From: Actinomycetota bacterium
Lineage (GTDB): Bacteria; Actinomycetota; Actinomycetes; Nanopelagicales; Nanopelagicaceae
Assembly (NCBI GenBank): GCA_041161815.1
Contig: JBEATV010000002.1
Span: forward strand, 2,622 to 66,621
Direction: 5' to 3'
DNA length: 64,000 nt
How positions within the stretch are numbered: position 1 is the stretch's first letter; the number at the start of each line of letters is the position of its first letter. The notes under the pieces are model-generated. The model made no database searches and was not told the origin of the DNA. It worked only from the letters and a program-made list of their open reading frames with translations. Made by a program: the position numbers and the translations under genes. This document shows, one piece after another, positions 41,505 through 50,294 of this stretch.

Positions 41505-44500
41505 GCGAGCTCCTCTTCTCGCATCTGGCTTCGTCGTCTACGAGCAGGTAGAGCGAGCACAATCAGCGTCACAAAAGCAATGATCTGTAAAGATATCCAA
41601 CCACGGCGCGCAGTGGCGTCATGGAAGATGACAAACTCTCCTGGTTCTGAGACTACAAATCGAGGAATTCCATTCTCAGTCTCAGTCGCAGAAACATATG
41701 AGCCATTGAGTAACATTTTCCAACGTTGATCAAATTTCTCTGTGATGACAATTGTCCCTGTTGTGGTGAGTTCTCCTTCGGCTCCAATGTCACCGCTAGG
41801 GAGAACTGAATAAAGTCCATCACTAGATAAGAAAGAAATATGTCCCAACGCTCCAGGAACTTTCCACGAGATTCCTTCATTAGTAGATGCGGCACGCGAG
41901 AATCCACCGGCTCCATCAATAGTGCGGACCAAATCTTCATTTAACGGCCTGGACATAAATAGATAGCGGATTCCGAATTCGGCAAATACCTGGCTTGATG
42001 TAACACCAGAACCAGAAACTAGATCATTGACCGCTCGAGTTACGACCGGTGATAGCCCAGTAATGACATCTGGCTCGCCCAACATCAGATCTCGTTCACG
42101 AGCAATGAAGTATTTGAGTTTTCCATCATCATTTCTAAATACCAATGTCTTATAACGATCGACTGTCTGGGCACTTGCACTAAGAAATGCTGGTAGCGCG
42201 GACTCCTTCTTTGCTTGCAGAGGTGCAGTTGAGCCTGATGTGAGCCACCAGCCTGCAGATGCAATGACTGAGAATGTTGCAAGGACGCTCGTGAGTCCAA
42301 GCAGAATATGTCGAAAATCGATATTCGATTCAGAAAGTGCGGGTACGTATTGGTCAACCATGATGATTGCTGCAATGAGTGCGGTAAGAGTTGGAATTAC
42401 CATCAAACTACCCACCCAGAGCTGTTCAGGTACAAAGCTTCCGTGGCCCGAAACTTGACGAGATCCCAAGAGCGCTGAGAATCCGACGAAAAAGATTGCG
42501 ATCTCACCCAAACGGGCAGTCTTGCTGACAAAGATCGCGATCAAGGCGATAAAGAGAATGGGTGAAAGAATCCACAATGGTGGCGCACCAATACCACCTG
42601 GATTTCCAAAAATTATCGAGAGAACGTCTCCTCCACCCAAAGTGAGGCCAGGATCAAGCAAAATTCGTGAAGGATGCAATATAAATTCGAGAGACCACGG
42701 CGCACACACAGCAATTGGCGTGGCAATCAGAGCGATACGTCGCGCGTTCTTTCGATCAAAAATCTCCTTTGTCATGGGGTGGGTCTGTGAATTAAATGCA
42801 ATGACATCAAAGATCACCAGAATGAATTGCCAGAGGACAATTGTCATGAATGCCAGAGGTGAGAAAGCGCAAACAATCGTCAACAGCAGTGCGAGCCACC
42901 ACGTTTTGCGCCAACCCAAATTTTCCAACTGTTCGAGGCCAAAGAGAGCGCGAATCAGCCAGGGGCCAATGACAATCAATACGACGGTACCAAGTCGTCC
43001 GCTATTGATAGCGCTCAGGGTTGTTGGAGAGAAGGCATATAGCAACGCCGCAGCTAGAGCCAAGAAATGTAATTGGGTGAATTTGCGCGCTAAAGAGTAA
43101 GCGCCCCACAATGCCAGTGGTACTGCAGAAACAAATAGCGCAGTTATGAAGAAAGAAGAGTTAGCAGCGGTCAGAAGAGAAGCCAAGCCAATAAAAGCGA
43201 CCCAAGGCGGCACATTCGCGCTTGAACCTAGACCGACAGTGTGCCAAGAATCGGAGTACATGCCGAGAAGATCGAGCGCGCTAGCGGGTGTTTCAGGAAG
43301 CGCACCTCCAACAATTGCGCCAAATCTTCTCCGTGATGCAATTAAGGAGAGCAATACAACGAGTAGAGAGATGGAGAGGATTGGTCGCTTTGTGAGCCAT
43401 CTGATTGGAGATGGCGCACGCACTAAATCGATATCAGCGTTTTCTAACGCTTCATCATTGAGATCAAGGGCTGAGGAAGTTCGAACATCTTCATCGTCAT
43501 AAAGCGAACTACTTCGCCAGGCGCGTGTGATAGCCCCGCGTGAACGTTCAATTGCCAGCTGAAATTGTGAACCTCGTGGTGGGACAAATCGAGCAACAAC
43601 TCGAGAGGAAACGAGGCGGCTCTTTCTGCGCATGGCACGTGCACGAACAAGATCTTGAGGTTGTAGCAAAAGCAGCGCAACGGCTGCGATTTCATCGAGC
43701 GCATAACCTGGCAATTTTGCGAGCAGATAGCCAACAGCTCGGAAAACAGCTGCACCTAGCAGTTGCAGTGCAATCAATGGGGTTAACCACCAGGAAGCAT
43801 TTGCTAAGAGAACATAGGCTGCGTGGCGACGATCCAAGAGAAGTGGGCGATGAAGAAAAGCTCCTGTGACATCAATGCTGCGTCTTTCGTTGGCAGCGGC
43901 CTCGGCATGAAATGCGATTGCTTGTGGAACAACAATGACCGAGTGACCTGCGGTGTGTACACGCCAACCAAAGTCGACATCATCGCGGAAGAGTGAGAGC
44001 TCTGGATCAAATCCACCAAGTTCGTCAAACACATCGCGTCTGATTAAGGCGCCGGCCGTACTGACAGATAAGACTTCGCTGACATTGTCATGTTGACCTT
44101 GGTCCTGCTCGCGGAATTCCAAGCCAGTCCAACGCGCACCATTACCGGCGATACTTACGCCTACTTCAAGTAAGTGGTTGCGATCATGCCAACCGCGCAA
44201 TTTTGGTCCAGCCATGGCAACACTTGGGCGTTGCTCGACCGCTTCTAATAATTCTCCTAGCGCATTCGCAGCCGGAGCACAGTCATCATGAATCAACCAG
44301 ATCCATTCAATTGCACCATCTGGCGCAGCTTTTAGTTTGGAACTCGCCAACGCTTCTTTTACTGCAGAGCCAAAACCTGTTTCTCGAGAAGTTGAAATAG
44401 TTGTTATCCCTGCGCTCTTCAGCAGTCGCATGGAGCTATCTGTCGAACCAGTATCAATTGCAATGACTTGGTTAATTTCGCGACGTTGTTTTGCAAGTGA

Positions 44501-44581
44501 TGCAACAACTTCTGGAAGCCAGAGTGCGCCATCGTGTGACACGACTACTGCGGTAACAAAGTGCTGTTGTGAAGTCGGCAT
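41501..44581 (-). CDS. family-2 glycosyltransferase fused to a large polytopic membrane domain (1026 aa)
   Basis: The N-terminal GT-A domain carries VTAVVVSHDGALWLPEVVASL, AIDTGSTDSS and LIHDDCAP. At least 12 hydrophobic helices follow, then a C-terminal soluble region and a terminal TM helix. Confidence 0.75.
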   Translation of the reverse strand: MPTSQQHFVTAVVVSHDGALWLPEVVASLAKQRREINQVIAIDTGSTDSSMRLLKSAGITTISTSRETGFGSAVKEALASSKLKAAPDGAIEWIWLIHDDCAPAANALGELLEAVEQRPSVAMAGPKLRGWHDRNHLLEVGVSIAGNGARWTGLEFREQDQGQHDNVSEVLSVSTAGALIRRDVFDELGGFDPELSLFRDDVDFGWRVHTAGHSVIVVPQAIAFHAEAAANERRSIDVTGAFLHRPLLLDRRHAAYVLLANASWWLTPLIALQLLGAAVFRAVGYLLAKLPGYALDEIAAVALLLLQPQDLVRARAMRRKSRLVSSRVVARFVPPRGSQFQLAIERSRGAITRAWRSSSLYDDEDVRTSSALDLNDEALENADIDLVRAPSPIRWLTKRPILSISLLVVLLSLIASRRRFGAIVGGALPETPASALDLLGMYSDSWHTVGLGSSANVPPWVAFIGLASLLTAANSSFFITALFVSAVPLALWGAYSLARKFTQLHFLALAAALLYAFSPTTLSAINSGRLGTVVLIVIGPWLIRALFGLEQLENLGWRKTWWLALLLTIVCAFSPLAFMTIVLWQFILVIFDVIAFNSQTHPMTKEIFDRKNARRIALIATPIAVCAPWSLEFILHPSRILLDPGLTLGGGDVLSIIFGNPGGIGAPPLWILSPILFIALIAIFVSKTARLGEIAIFFVGFSALLGSRQVSGHGSFVPEQLWVGSLMVIPTLTALIAAIIMVDQYVPALSESNIDFRHILLGLTSVLATFSVIASAGWWLTSGSTAPLQAKKESALPAFLSASAQTVDRYKTLVFRNDDGKLKYFIARERDLMLGEPDVITGLSPVVTRAVNDLVSGSGVTSSQVFAEFGIRYLFMSRPLNEDLVRTIDGAGGFSRAASTNEGISWKVPGALGHISFLSSDGLYSVLPSGDIGAEGELTTTGTIVITEKFDQRWKMLLNGSYVSATETENGIPRFVVSEPGEFVIFHDATARRGWISLQIIAFVTLIVLALPARRRRSQMREEELA

Positions 44582-44609
44582 TTCACCGCCTCTTACTTAA
44601 GTTAATCGT

Positions 44610-44647
44610 CGATACGTTTAAGGACGATACGTTAAAGGAGTTAAGGA
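44610..44647. repeat. 15-bp direct repeat x2 plus an 8-bp partial copy
   Basis: The copies are cgatacgtttaagga (44610-24), cgatacgttaaagga (44625-39) and gttaagga (44640-47). They lie between the whiB2 stop and the glycosyltransferase start. Confidence 0.7.
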
Positions 44648-44688
44648 AATTGTGTTGTGAATCGAGAAACGCAATCTGTCGAAGAGAT

Positions 44689-44982
44689 TTAGGCTGGACG
44701 GCGCTTGAGGCGACGACGCTCGCGCTCGGATAGTCCGCCCCAGATTCCAAAGCGTTCATCATGAGCCAGAGCGTATTCAAGACACTCTTGTCTGACCTCA
44801 CAGGAGAGACAGACGCGCTTAGCTTCACGGGTTGAACCACCTTTTTCCGGGAAGAATGCTTCTGGATCAGTTTGGGCGCAGAGCGCTCGTTCTTGCCATG
44901 AAAGCTCAACGATCTCTCCATTACCCAATTGAATGCTTGGACCGGGAATGAAAGTCTGCTCTATTCGACGAGCATCAGCCAT
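44689..44982 (-). CDS. whiB2: WhiB-family Fe-S transcriptional regulator, WhiB2/WhmD type
   Basis: WQERALCAQTDPEAFFPEKGGSTREAKRVCLSCEVRQECLEYALAHDERFGIWGGLSERERRRLKRR supports the call. I take the start at the ATG at 44982, preceded by AGGAG with 8-nt spacing. Confidence 0.88.
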   Translation of the reverse strand: MADARRIEQTFIPGPSIQLGNGEIVELSWQERALCAQTDPEAFFPEKGGSTREAKRVCLSCEVRQECLEYALAHDERFGIWGGLSERERRRLKRRPA

Positions 44983-45030
44983 CAGCAGGACTCCTAAGAC
45001 AGTGGCCCACATCTGGTGGCGGGCCCAATG

Positions 45031-45056
45031 GGGGAATTACACGCGTGTTATTCCCC
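45031..45056. promoter_or_regulatory. 26-bp near-perfect palindrome upstream of whiB2 (candidate operator)
   Basis: The sequence is GGGGAATtACACGCGTGTtATTCCCC. The two arms are complementary at 12 of 13 positions. It lies 49-74 nt upstream of the whiB2 ATG. Confidence 0.4.
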
Positions 45057-45174
45057 AGAGTCAAGCCGCGAAGAGGGGAAATCTGAGAAAAGTGTCCAAA
45101 TTTTGTGCTTGTGGAGTTGAGATATCTCTCAATTCTGCTGGAAAAGAGTCATAACCCATTCAGATTTCCAAAAT

Positions 45175-46146
45175 CTAGAGAATTTGACCGATGATTTTCT
45201 GGCCTGAATCGATCGAAAGATCTGAGGAAATGTAGCTATCGTGGATCTCAACGCCCGCTGCTATGTGAACTCGAGCGCCAATAATCGACCCTGAAATCCG
45301 AGAGTCTGGTCCGACCGTTGAACCCGAGGAGATAACTGAGCCCTCCCCTACTTTCGCGCTGGGATGTATCTCGACATGGTCTTCAATGAGTGCTCCATGA
45401 GAAATACCAACTGTTGCGCCAGAGAGTTCTGGTTTAAGAATTAAATCGCGCGAAGCCTGAATGAATGATTGTGGCGTACCCATATCGATCCAGTAATTCT
45501 GATCAAGATAACCGTAGACACGACCGCCACTTTCAAGAAGTTTGGGGAAAGTTTCACGCTCGACGCTTACAACGCGTTTTTGTGGAATCTGCGCTAAAGC
45601 TGAGGTGCGAAAAATATAGCAACCGGCATTAATTGTGTCGGCAATAGGATTATCCATCTTTTCTAGGAATGCCGTGACGCGAGAAGTATCATCAATCGGA
45701 ACGCATCCATAAGCGCGAGGATCTGCTACTTTCGTCAGATAGAGCGTGACATCTGCATCCATTCTTTGATGCAGTGCAATCTGGGCTCGAAGATCATGGC
45801 CGCTGAGAACATCTCCATTGAAAATTACGACAGATTCACCATCACGCAGAGTTAAATTCTGGGCTGCATTAGCTATTGCGCCACCCGTACCGAGTGGCTC
45901 TTTCTCAATCGCATATGTGATGGAGATTCCGAATTTAGACCCATCTCCAAAATAAGGCTCGAAAACCTCGGCCAAATAAGAGGTTGCGAGCACTAACTCG
46001 GTAATTCCTGCATCGCGCGCTTTGATGATTTGGTGCTCTGTTACAGGCTTGCCTGCAACTTTCAACATTGGCTTAGGAGTGTTATTTGTCAGCGGAGCTA
46101 AACGAGTTCCTTTACCACCTACTAAGAGAATTGCTTTACTGGTCAT
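45175..46146 (-). CDS. manC: mannose-1-phosphate guanylyltransferase-like NDP-sugar pyrophosphorylase
   Basis: The N-terminal nucleotidyltransferase motif is AILLVGGKGTRLAPLT and the C-terminal domain is a left-handed beta-helix. Its position next to whiB2 matches the mycobacterial GDP-mannose pyrophosphorylase. Confidence 0.8.
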   Translation of the reverse strand: MTSKAILLVGGKGTRLAPLTNNTPKPMLKVAGKPVTEHQIIKARDAGITELVLATSYLAEVFEPYFGDGSKFGISITYAIEKEPLGTGGAIANAAQNLTLRDGESVVIFNGDVLSGHDLRAQIALHQRMDADVTLYLTKVADPRAYGCVPIDDTSRVTAFLEKMDNPIADTINAGCYIFRTSALAQIPQKRVVSVERETFPKLLESGGRVYGYLDQNYWIDMGTPQSFIQASRDLILKPELSGATVGISHGALIEDHVEIHPSAKVGEGSVISSGSTVGPDSRISGSIIGARVHIAAGVEIHDSYISSDLSIDSGQKIIGQIL

Positions 46147-46157
46147 TTCATTTGGCC

Positions 46158-47243
46158 CTATGCCGAAATACGAGCGACGGCTTCGATAATTTTCTCATCT
46201 GTTGCAGTGAGCGCGATTCGTACATATCGCGAACCTTGATCCCCATAGAACCGTCCCGGCGTCACCAAGATTCCCCGTTCTGCAAACCATGCAACCGTGG
46301 ACCAATCTTCTTCACCACGAGTACACCAGATGTAAAGACCAGCTTCTGAGAATTCGATGGTAAATCCAAGTTCCTCCAGCGCTTTTCTCAAGCGAGCGCG
46401 CCGATTGCGATATCGCTCGGCTTGCTCAATGACATGCGACTCATCAGCCAGAGCAACAGTGACAGCTTTTTGAATTGGCAACGGAACCATCATGCCCATG
46501 TGTTTGCGTATCTCTAAAAGTTGAGCAATGAGTAGAGGATCTCCAACAATAAATGAGCCTCGATATCCCGCCATATTTGAACGCTTTGAAAGCGAATGGA
46601 CCGCAAGAACGCCACGATTATTGCCATCAGTTAGCCTCAAGATTGATTGAGACTTTTTGCTATCTGGGAAAGATAGGTAACACTCATCGCTTGCCAATAC
46701 CGAATCTGTTGTACGCATCCAAGCAAGAGCTGCCCTTAACTCATCTTCTGATTGAACCCTGCCAGTCGGATTGGAGGGCGAATTAATCCAAGCTAAATCA
46801 ACGCTTGTACGAGGCCAGGTGGCTGCATCGATATCGACCTCAATTACTTCAGCACCGGCGAGAATTCCTCCCACGCGATATGTGGGGTATGCGATCTGAG
46901 GAATGAGGACTTTTTTCGCTGACAACATGAAGGGAAGGAGCGCTACAAGCTCCTTCGAGCCGATGGTGGGAAGTACATCAAACTCTCCCGATGCCCCGAG
47001 AACTTCGACGCAGTATTGCTTGAGTGCGCTACGAAGATCAGCAGCCCCAGTTGTGACGGGATAACTGGGTGAATTTGAATTCTCGCGAAGTGCCTTTTGA
47101 ATGAAATCAGGGGTTGGATCAACCGGGGTTCCTTGTGAGAGATCGATGATTCCATGCGAATGTTCTCGAGCTCTCTGTCCGTAAGGAGCAAGAGCATCCC
47201 AAGGAAAATCTGGGAGCTTTATTGGAGATCCTGAGTTACTCAG
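46158..47243 (-). CDS. dapC: succinyldiaminopimelate aminotransferase (DapC-type class I aminotransferase); start codon non-canonical or unresolved
   Basis: The frame is open upstream of the track start at 46928 and encodes the conserved DapC N-terminus (LPDFPWDALAPY...GIIDLSQGTPVDPTP...PTIGSKELVA). That stretch contains no in-frame ATG, GTG or TTG. The 5' limit given here is a CTG at 47243; an ATA at 47222 is an alternative. It lies downstream of the ferredoxin gene, as in mycobacteria. Confidence 0.75.
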   Translation of the reverse strand: MSNSGSPIKLPDFPWDALAPYGQRAREHSHGIIDLSQGTPVDPTPDFIQKALRENSNSPSYPVTTGAADLRSALKQYCVEVLGASGEFDVLPTIGSKELVALLPFMLSAKKVLIPQIAYPTYRVGGILAGAEVIEVDIDAATWPRTSVDLAWINSPSNPTGRVQSEDELRAALAWMRTTDSVLASDECYLSFPDSKKSQSILRLTDGNNRGVLAVHSLSKRSNMAGYRGSFIVGDPLLIAQLLEIRKHMGMMVPLPIQKAVTVALADESHVIEQAERYRNRRARLRKALEELGFTIEFSEAGLYIWCTRGEEDWSTVAWFAERGILVTPGRFYGDQGSRYVRIALTATDEKIIEAVARISA

Positions 47244-47568
47244 CCGCTGGCTTCTTCTGAATTTGAAGAAGTTTCGGGTGATCTTTGGCTATCGGACCAA
47301 CTTTGCTGGCACCACCAGGTGAACCAATCTCATCAAAAAACTCTGTGTTAACTTCCTTGTATTCGCTCCATTGAGCAGGAACATCATCTTCGTAATAGAT
47401 CGCCTCAACCGGACAGACTGGCTCACATGCGCCACAATCAACGCACTCATCAGGCTGGATGTACATCATGCGATCGCCTTCATAGATGCAATCAACGGGA
47501 CATTCCTCGATACACGACTTGTCCTTGACATCCACACATGGAAGCGCGATTACGTAGGTCACGTTCAA
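47236..47568 (-). CDS. fdxA: 7Fe ferredoxin ([3Fe-4S][4Fe-4S])
   Basis: TYVIALPCVDVKDKSCIEECPVDCIYEGDRMMYIQPDECVDCGACEPVCPVEAI is the classical actinobacterial FdxA/FdxC pattern. Confidence 0.9.
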   Translation of the reverse strand: MNVTYVIALPCVDVKDKSCIEECPVDCIYEGDRMMYIQPDECVDCGACEPVCPVEAIYYEDDVPAQWSEYKEVNTEFFDEIGSPGGASKVGPIAKDHPKLLQIQKKPAAE

Positions 47569-47633
47569 CTCCTCTTACAGATTACTCTGTCAGTGATGAC
47601 TTTCTGGATGCCTATCCTACAGAATAGGCGGGT

Positions 47634-49049
47634 ATGAAGCGCGAGATGACTGAACCCAAGCCGCTTCGAATATATGACACTCTCCATAGGTCTGTGATGC
47701 CAGTTCGCGCCTCAGATGGCCACACCGTTCGTATCTATTGTTGCGGACCGACCGTCTATCGCGATGCACATGTCGGAAACCTTCGAACTTTTCTCCTCAG
47801 TGATTTAGCCCGTCGAACATTAGAGTTCTCTGGCTTCAAAGTTCGTGTCATTCAGAACATTACTGATGTCGGGCATATGAGCGAGGATTTCGAAGAAGAC
47901 AAAATTCTTGCTCAATCTCAACTTGAGAAGCGTGATCCCTTTGCGATTGCGCGCGACTATGAAGAGAAGTTCCACACGGATCTTGCTGCGATGAATGTGC
48001 TACCTGCAGACGCCTACCCCCGTGCCAGTGAATGTATCGACATGATGGTTGAACACATTGCAGCCTTGATTGAGAAGGGTTATGCATACATCGGCGGAGA
48101 CTCTTCTGTTTATTTCGCGGCAGAGAAGTTTGAGAGCTACGGAGAATTGAGTGGTAATCGCTTAGATGCGCTCAAACCCGGACATAGGTATGAATTCACT
48201 GAAGATGGCGCTAAGAAATTTCACGCCGACTGGGCGCTCTGGAAATCTGCCGGAAAGCGTCGCGAAATGGTCTGGCAGACGCCATGGGGATTAGGTTTTC
48301 CCGGTTGGCATATTGAATGTTCTGCAATGTCTCTGCGTTATCTCTCTGGACATGTGGACCTTCACATCGGCGGAATAGATCTGCGATTCCCTCATCATGA
48401 AAATGAGCGAGCACAGTCCAATCCACTTACTGACAGTGAAGCGGTATCTCTGTGGCTGCATGGTGAGCACTTACTCTTTGAGGGCAAGAAGATGTCGAAG
48501 AGCGCAGGAAATGTAGTTCTGATCAAGGATGTGATTGCCCGAGGTATCGATCCTCTCGCGGTCAGATTTTGCTTTCTCGAGAACCGTTATCGCAGTCAGA
48601 TGGATCTATCCTGGAGTTCAATAAACGCTGCGTTCGCATCTTTGCAGCGATGGCGCGAGAAGTATCAAGAATGGAAGAAATCCGGATCTGAGCTCACCGC
48701 TCAGGCTGTTGAGCGAATCACCGCAATTCACGAAGACTTTTTATCCGACCTCGATACACCGCAAGCGATGTTGAAGTTGAGATCAGTCGAACGTGATGAA
48801 TCACTCTCTGACCGAGAAAAAGCTGCAGTCTTTGAGGGAACTGAGGGGTTATTTGGCTTCACGCTACTTGATCTTTTTGGTCAAAAAGAGTTGTCACCCG
48901 AGGCGCAAAGACTGCTTGATTTGCGCGCTATTGCCCGCACCGAGAAGAACTTTGCAGAAAGTGATGAGTTACGAAATCAACTCATCTCATTGGGGGTCGA
49001 AGTTCGCGATACCGCTCAGGGTCAAACCTGGGCGTGGATCATCAAGTAA
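47634..49049 (+). CDS. cysS: cysteine--tRNA ligase
   Basis: The HIGH-type motif is CGPTVYRDAHVGN. It also has WHIECSAM and KMSKSAGN. A full C-terminal anticodon-binding/DALR-2 tail ends in GVEVRDTAQGQTWAWIIK, which MshC paralogs lack. Confidence 0.85.
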   Translation: MKREMTEPKPLRIYDTLHRSVMPVRASDGHTVRIYCCGPTVYRDAHVGNLRTFLLSDLARRTLEFSGFKVRVIQNITDVGHMSEDFEEDKILAQSQLEKRDPFAIARDYEEKFHTDLAAMNVLPADAYPRASECIDMMVEHIAALIEKGYAYIGGDSSVYFAAEKFESYGELSGNRLDALKPGHRYEFTEDGAKKFHADWALWKSAGKRREMVWQTPWGLGFPGWHIECSAMSLRYLSGHVDLHIGGIDLRFPHHENERAQSNPLTDSEAVSLWLHGEHLLFEGKKMSKSAGNVVLIKDVIARGIDPLAVRFCFLENRYRSQMDLSWSSINAAFASLQRWREKYQEWKKSGSELTAQAVERITAIHEDFLSDLDTPQAMLKLRSVERDESLSDREKAAVFEGTEGLFGFTLLDLFGQKELSPEAQRLLDLRAIARTEKNFAESDELRNQLISLGVEVRDTAQGQTWAWIIK

Positions 49050-49060
49050 TAACGCAGACC

Positions 49061-49378
49061 CTAGTTTTTGATCTTCTGCAGTAAACCTATTACGAGAAGT
49101 CCCACACCTCCGAAAACGAGGAGGTTTCCATAAAGATTCGCTTCGATTAAAACTTCCCCGCCGTTGCCGAGCGTCGAAGCGCGTACCACGATAAAAATCC
49201 AGCCACATGCAAAGAGGCTCAATAAGAATTTCGATCTATACATGTTTCGCATCAATCGAAGACCCAAAACGAGGGCAAGCAACGAGACAATCAATCCAAA
49301 GGGACGATACGAATTATGAAGAAAAGTTCCTGAGATGCCCACTAATGCACCGAAAAGAAGTGAAACGAGAGCCTTCAC
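49061..49378 (-). CDS. small membrane protein (three or four TM helices), function unknown
   Basis: 105-aa hydrophobic ORF whose start overlaps the stop of the mshB-like gene. A comparable small membrane gene follows mshB in mycobacteria. Confidence 0.55.
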   Translation of the reverse strand: MKALVSLLFGALVGISGTFLHNSYRPFGLIVSLLALVLGLRLMRNMYRSKFLLSLFACGWIFIVVRASTLGNGGEVLIEANLYGNLLVFGGVGLLVIGLLQKIKN

Positions 49379-50238
49379 AATGTTACTCCCGAGAAGAGAT
49401 CAATTTCGCGTCCATCTGAGTTTCGTGGCTCTCCCAGCTCGCCATAAACCAATCGATAAAACTCGAGCCCCCACACTTTGAAACCAAGATTGTCTGACAG
49501 TGCAAAGAATGGGCCATCGACGGCAATCTGAGTGGGATGAGCTTTCATGGCATTCATCTTCTGTGAGACATACTTTTCGCCATCAATGACCGTCGAAACA
49601 AGAGCATCAGGTTGGGCAAATGGGAAGTCTTCGGCCTTTTCAACGCCAAAGAATTGATTGCCAGTGTCTTTCATCGCTTCGATTCCGGACTCTATGACCG
49701 AGATTGGAATGGTGTTCCAGTAAATCTTCTGAATATTCCAGCCTCGAGTGCGCGCTAATTCTGCCGCCCGCATCGCAACTCGATGAGCCTGAATGTGATC
49801 AGGATGGCCGTAGCCTCCAAATTCATCGTATGTGACGAGAACATGAGGTTTGATCTCAAGAATAACTTCGACTAGATGTTCGGCAGCTTCATCAAGTTGG
49901 GCATTCCAGAAATTATCTTCCCGCTGGTTTGGTTCTGAACCCATCATTCCGCTATCTCGATAGAACTTTGAGGGTGAACCAAGGAAGCGATGATCGGTGA
50001 CGCCAAGAATCTTCATTGCATCAGCTAATTCTGTTTCGCGATGCTTACCCAGATTGTCTTCCTTGTTACTTGCTAAGTGCTCTAGTTCTGGGACAAGAAC
50101 TTCACCCTCTTCGCCGCGAGTACATGTCACGAGAGTGACCCCGTATCCCTTATCCACGTACATAGCCATGGTCGCACCATTGTTGATGGTCTCGTCATCG
50201 GGGTGAGCGTGCACGAGAAGTAGTCGCGGCTTTGTCAT
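49375..50238 (-). CDS. mshB: PIG-L/LmbE-family deacetylase, MshB/Mca type
   Basis: LLLVHAHPDDETINNGATMA and GGYGHPDHIQAHR are the zinc-binding motifs of the MshB/Mca family. The MshB assignment over Mca rests on synteny only. Confidence 0.65.
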   Translation of the reverse strand: MTKPRLLLVHAHPDDETINNGATMAMYVDKGYGVTLVTCTRGEEGEVLVPELEHLASNKEDNLGKHRETELADAMKILGVTDHRFLGSPSKFYRDSGMMGSEPNQREDNFWNAQLDEAAEHLVEVILEIKPHVLVTYDEFGGYGHPDHIQAHRVAMRAAELARTRGWNIQKIYWNTIPISVIESGIEAMKDTGNQFFGVEKAEDFPFAQPDALVSTVIDGEKYVSQKMNAMKAHPTQIAVDGPFFALSDNLGFKVWGLEFYRLVYGELGEPRNSDGREIDLFSGVTL

Positions 50239-50294
50239 GATTAGTTGGAGAGAATACTGGCTTTCATTAGTTAATTCTCACCCTTTCTCGTACG

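Noticed and set aside
44583-44921. 112-aa minus-strand ORF overlapping whiB2
   Set aside because: It is an alternative frame of the whiB2 coding region plus the downstream spacer. The WhiB frame carries the four-Cys and GIWGG motifs.
45031-45056. BldD-box interpretation of the whiB2 palindrome
   Set aside because: The inner part reads TTAC-n6-GTTA. As I recall, the Streptomyces BldD box is TNAC-n5-GTNA. The spacing is off by one, and I cannot confirm that BldD exists in this organism. It stays an unassigned operator candidate.
46943-47197. 84-aa minus-strand ORF
   Set aside because: It is out of frame within the 5' part of dapC. The dapC frame encodes conserved aminotransferase motifs across this interval.
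47634-49049. MshC (mycothiol ligase) assignment, prompted by proximity to the mshB-like gene
   Set aside because: The protein is 471 aa and keeps the full CysS C-terminal anticodon-binding tail ending in ...GVEVRDTAQGQTWAWIIK. It therefore looks like a genuine cysteinyl-tRNA synthetase.
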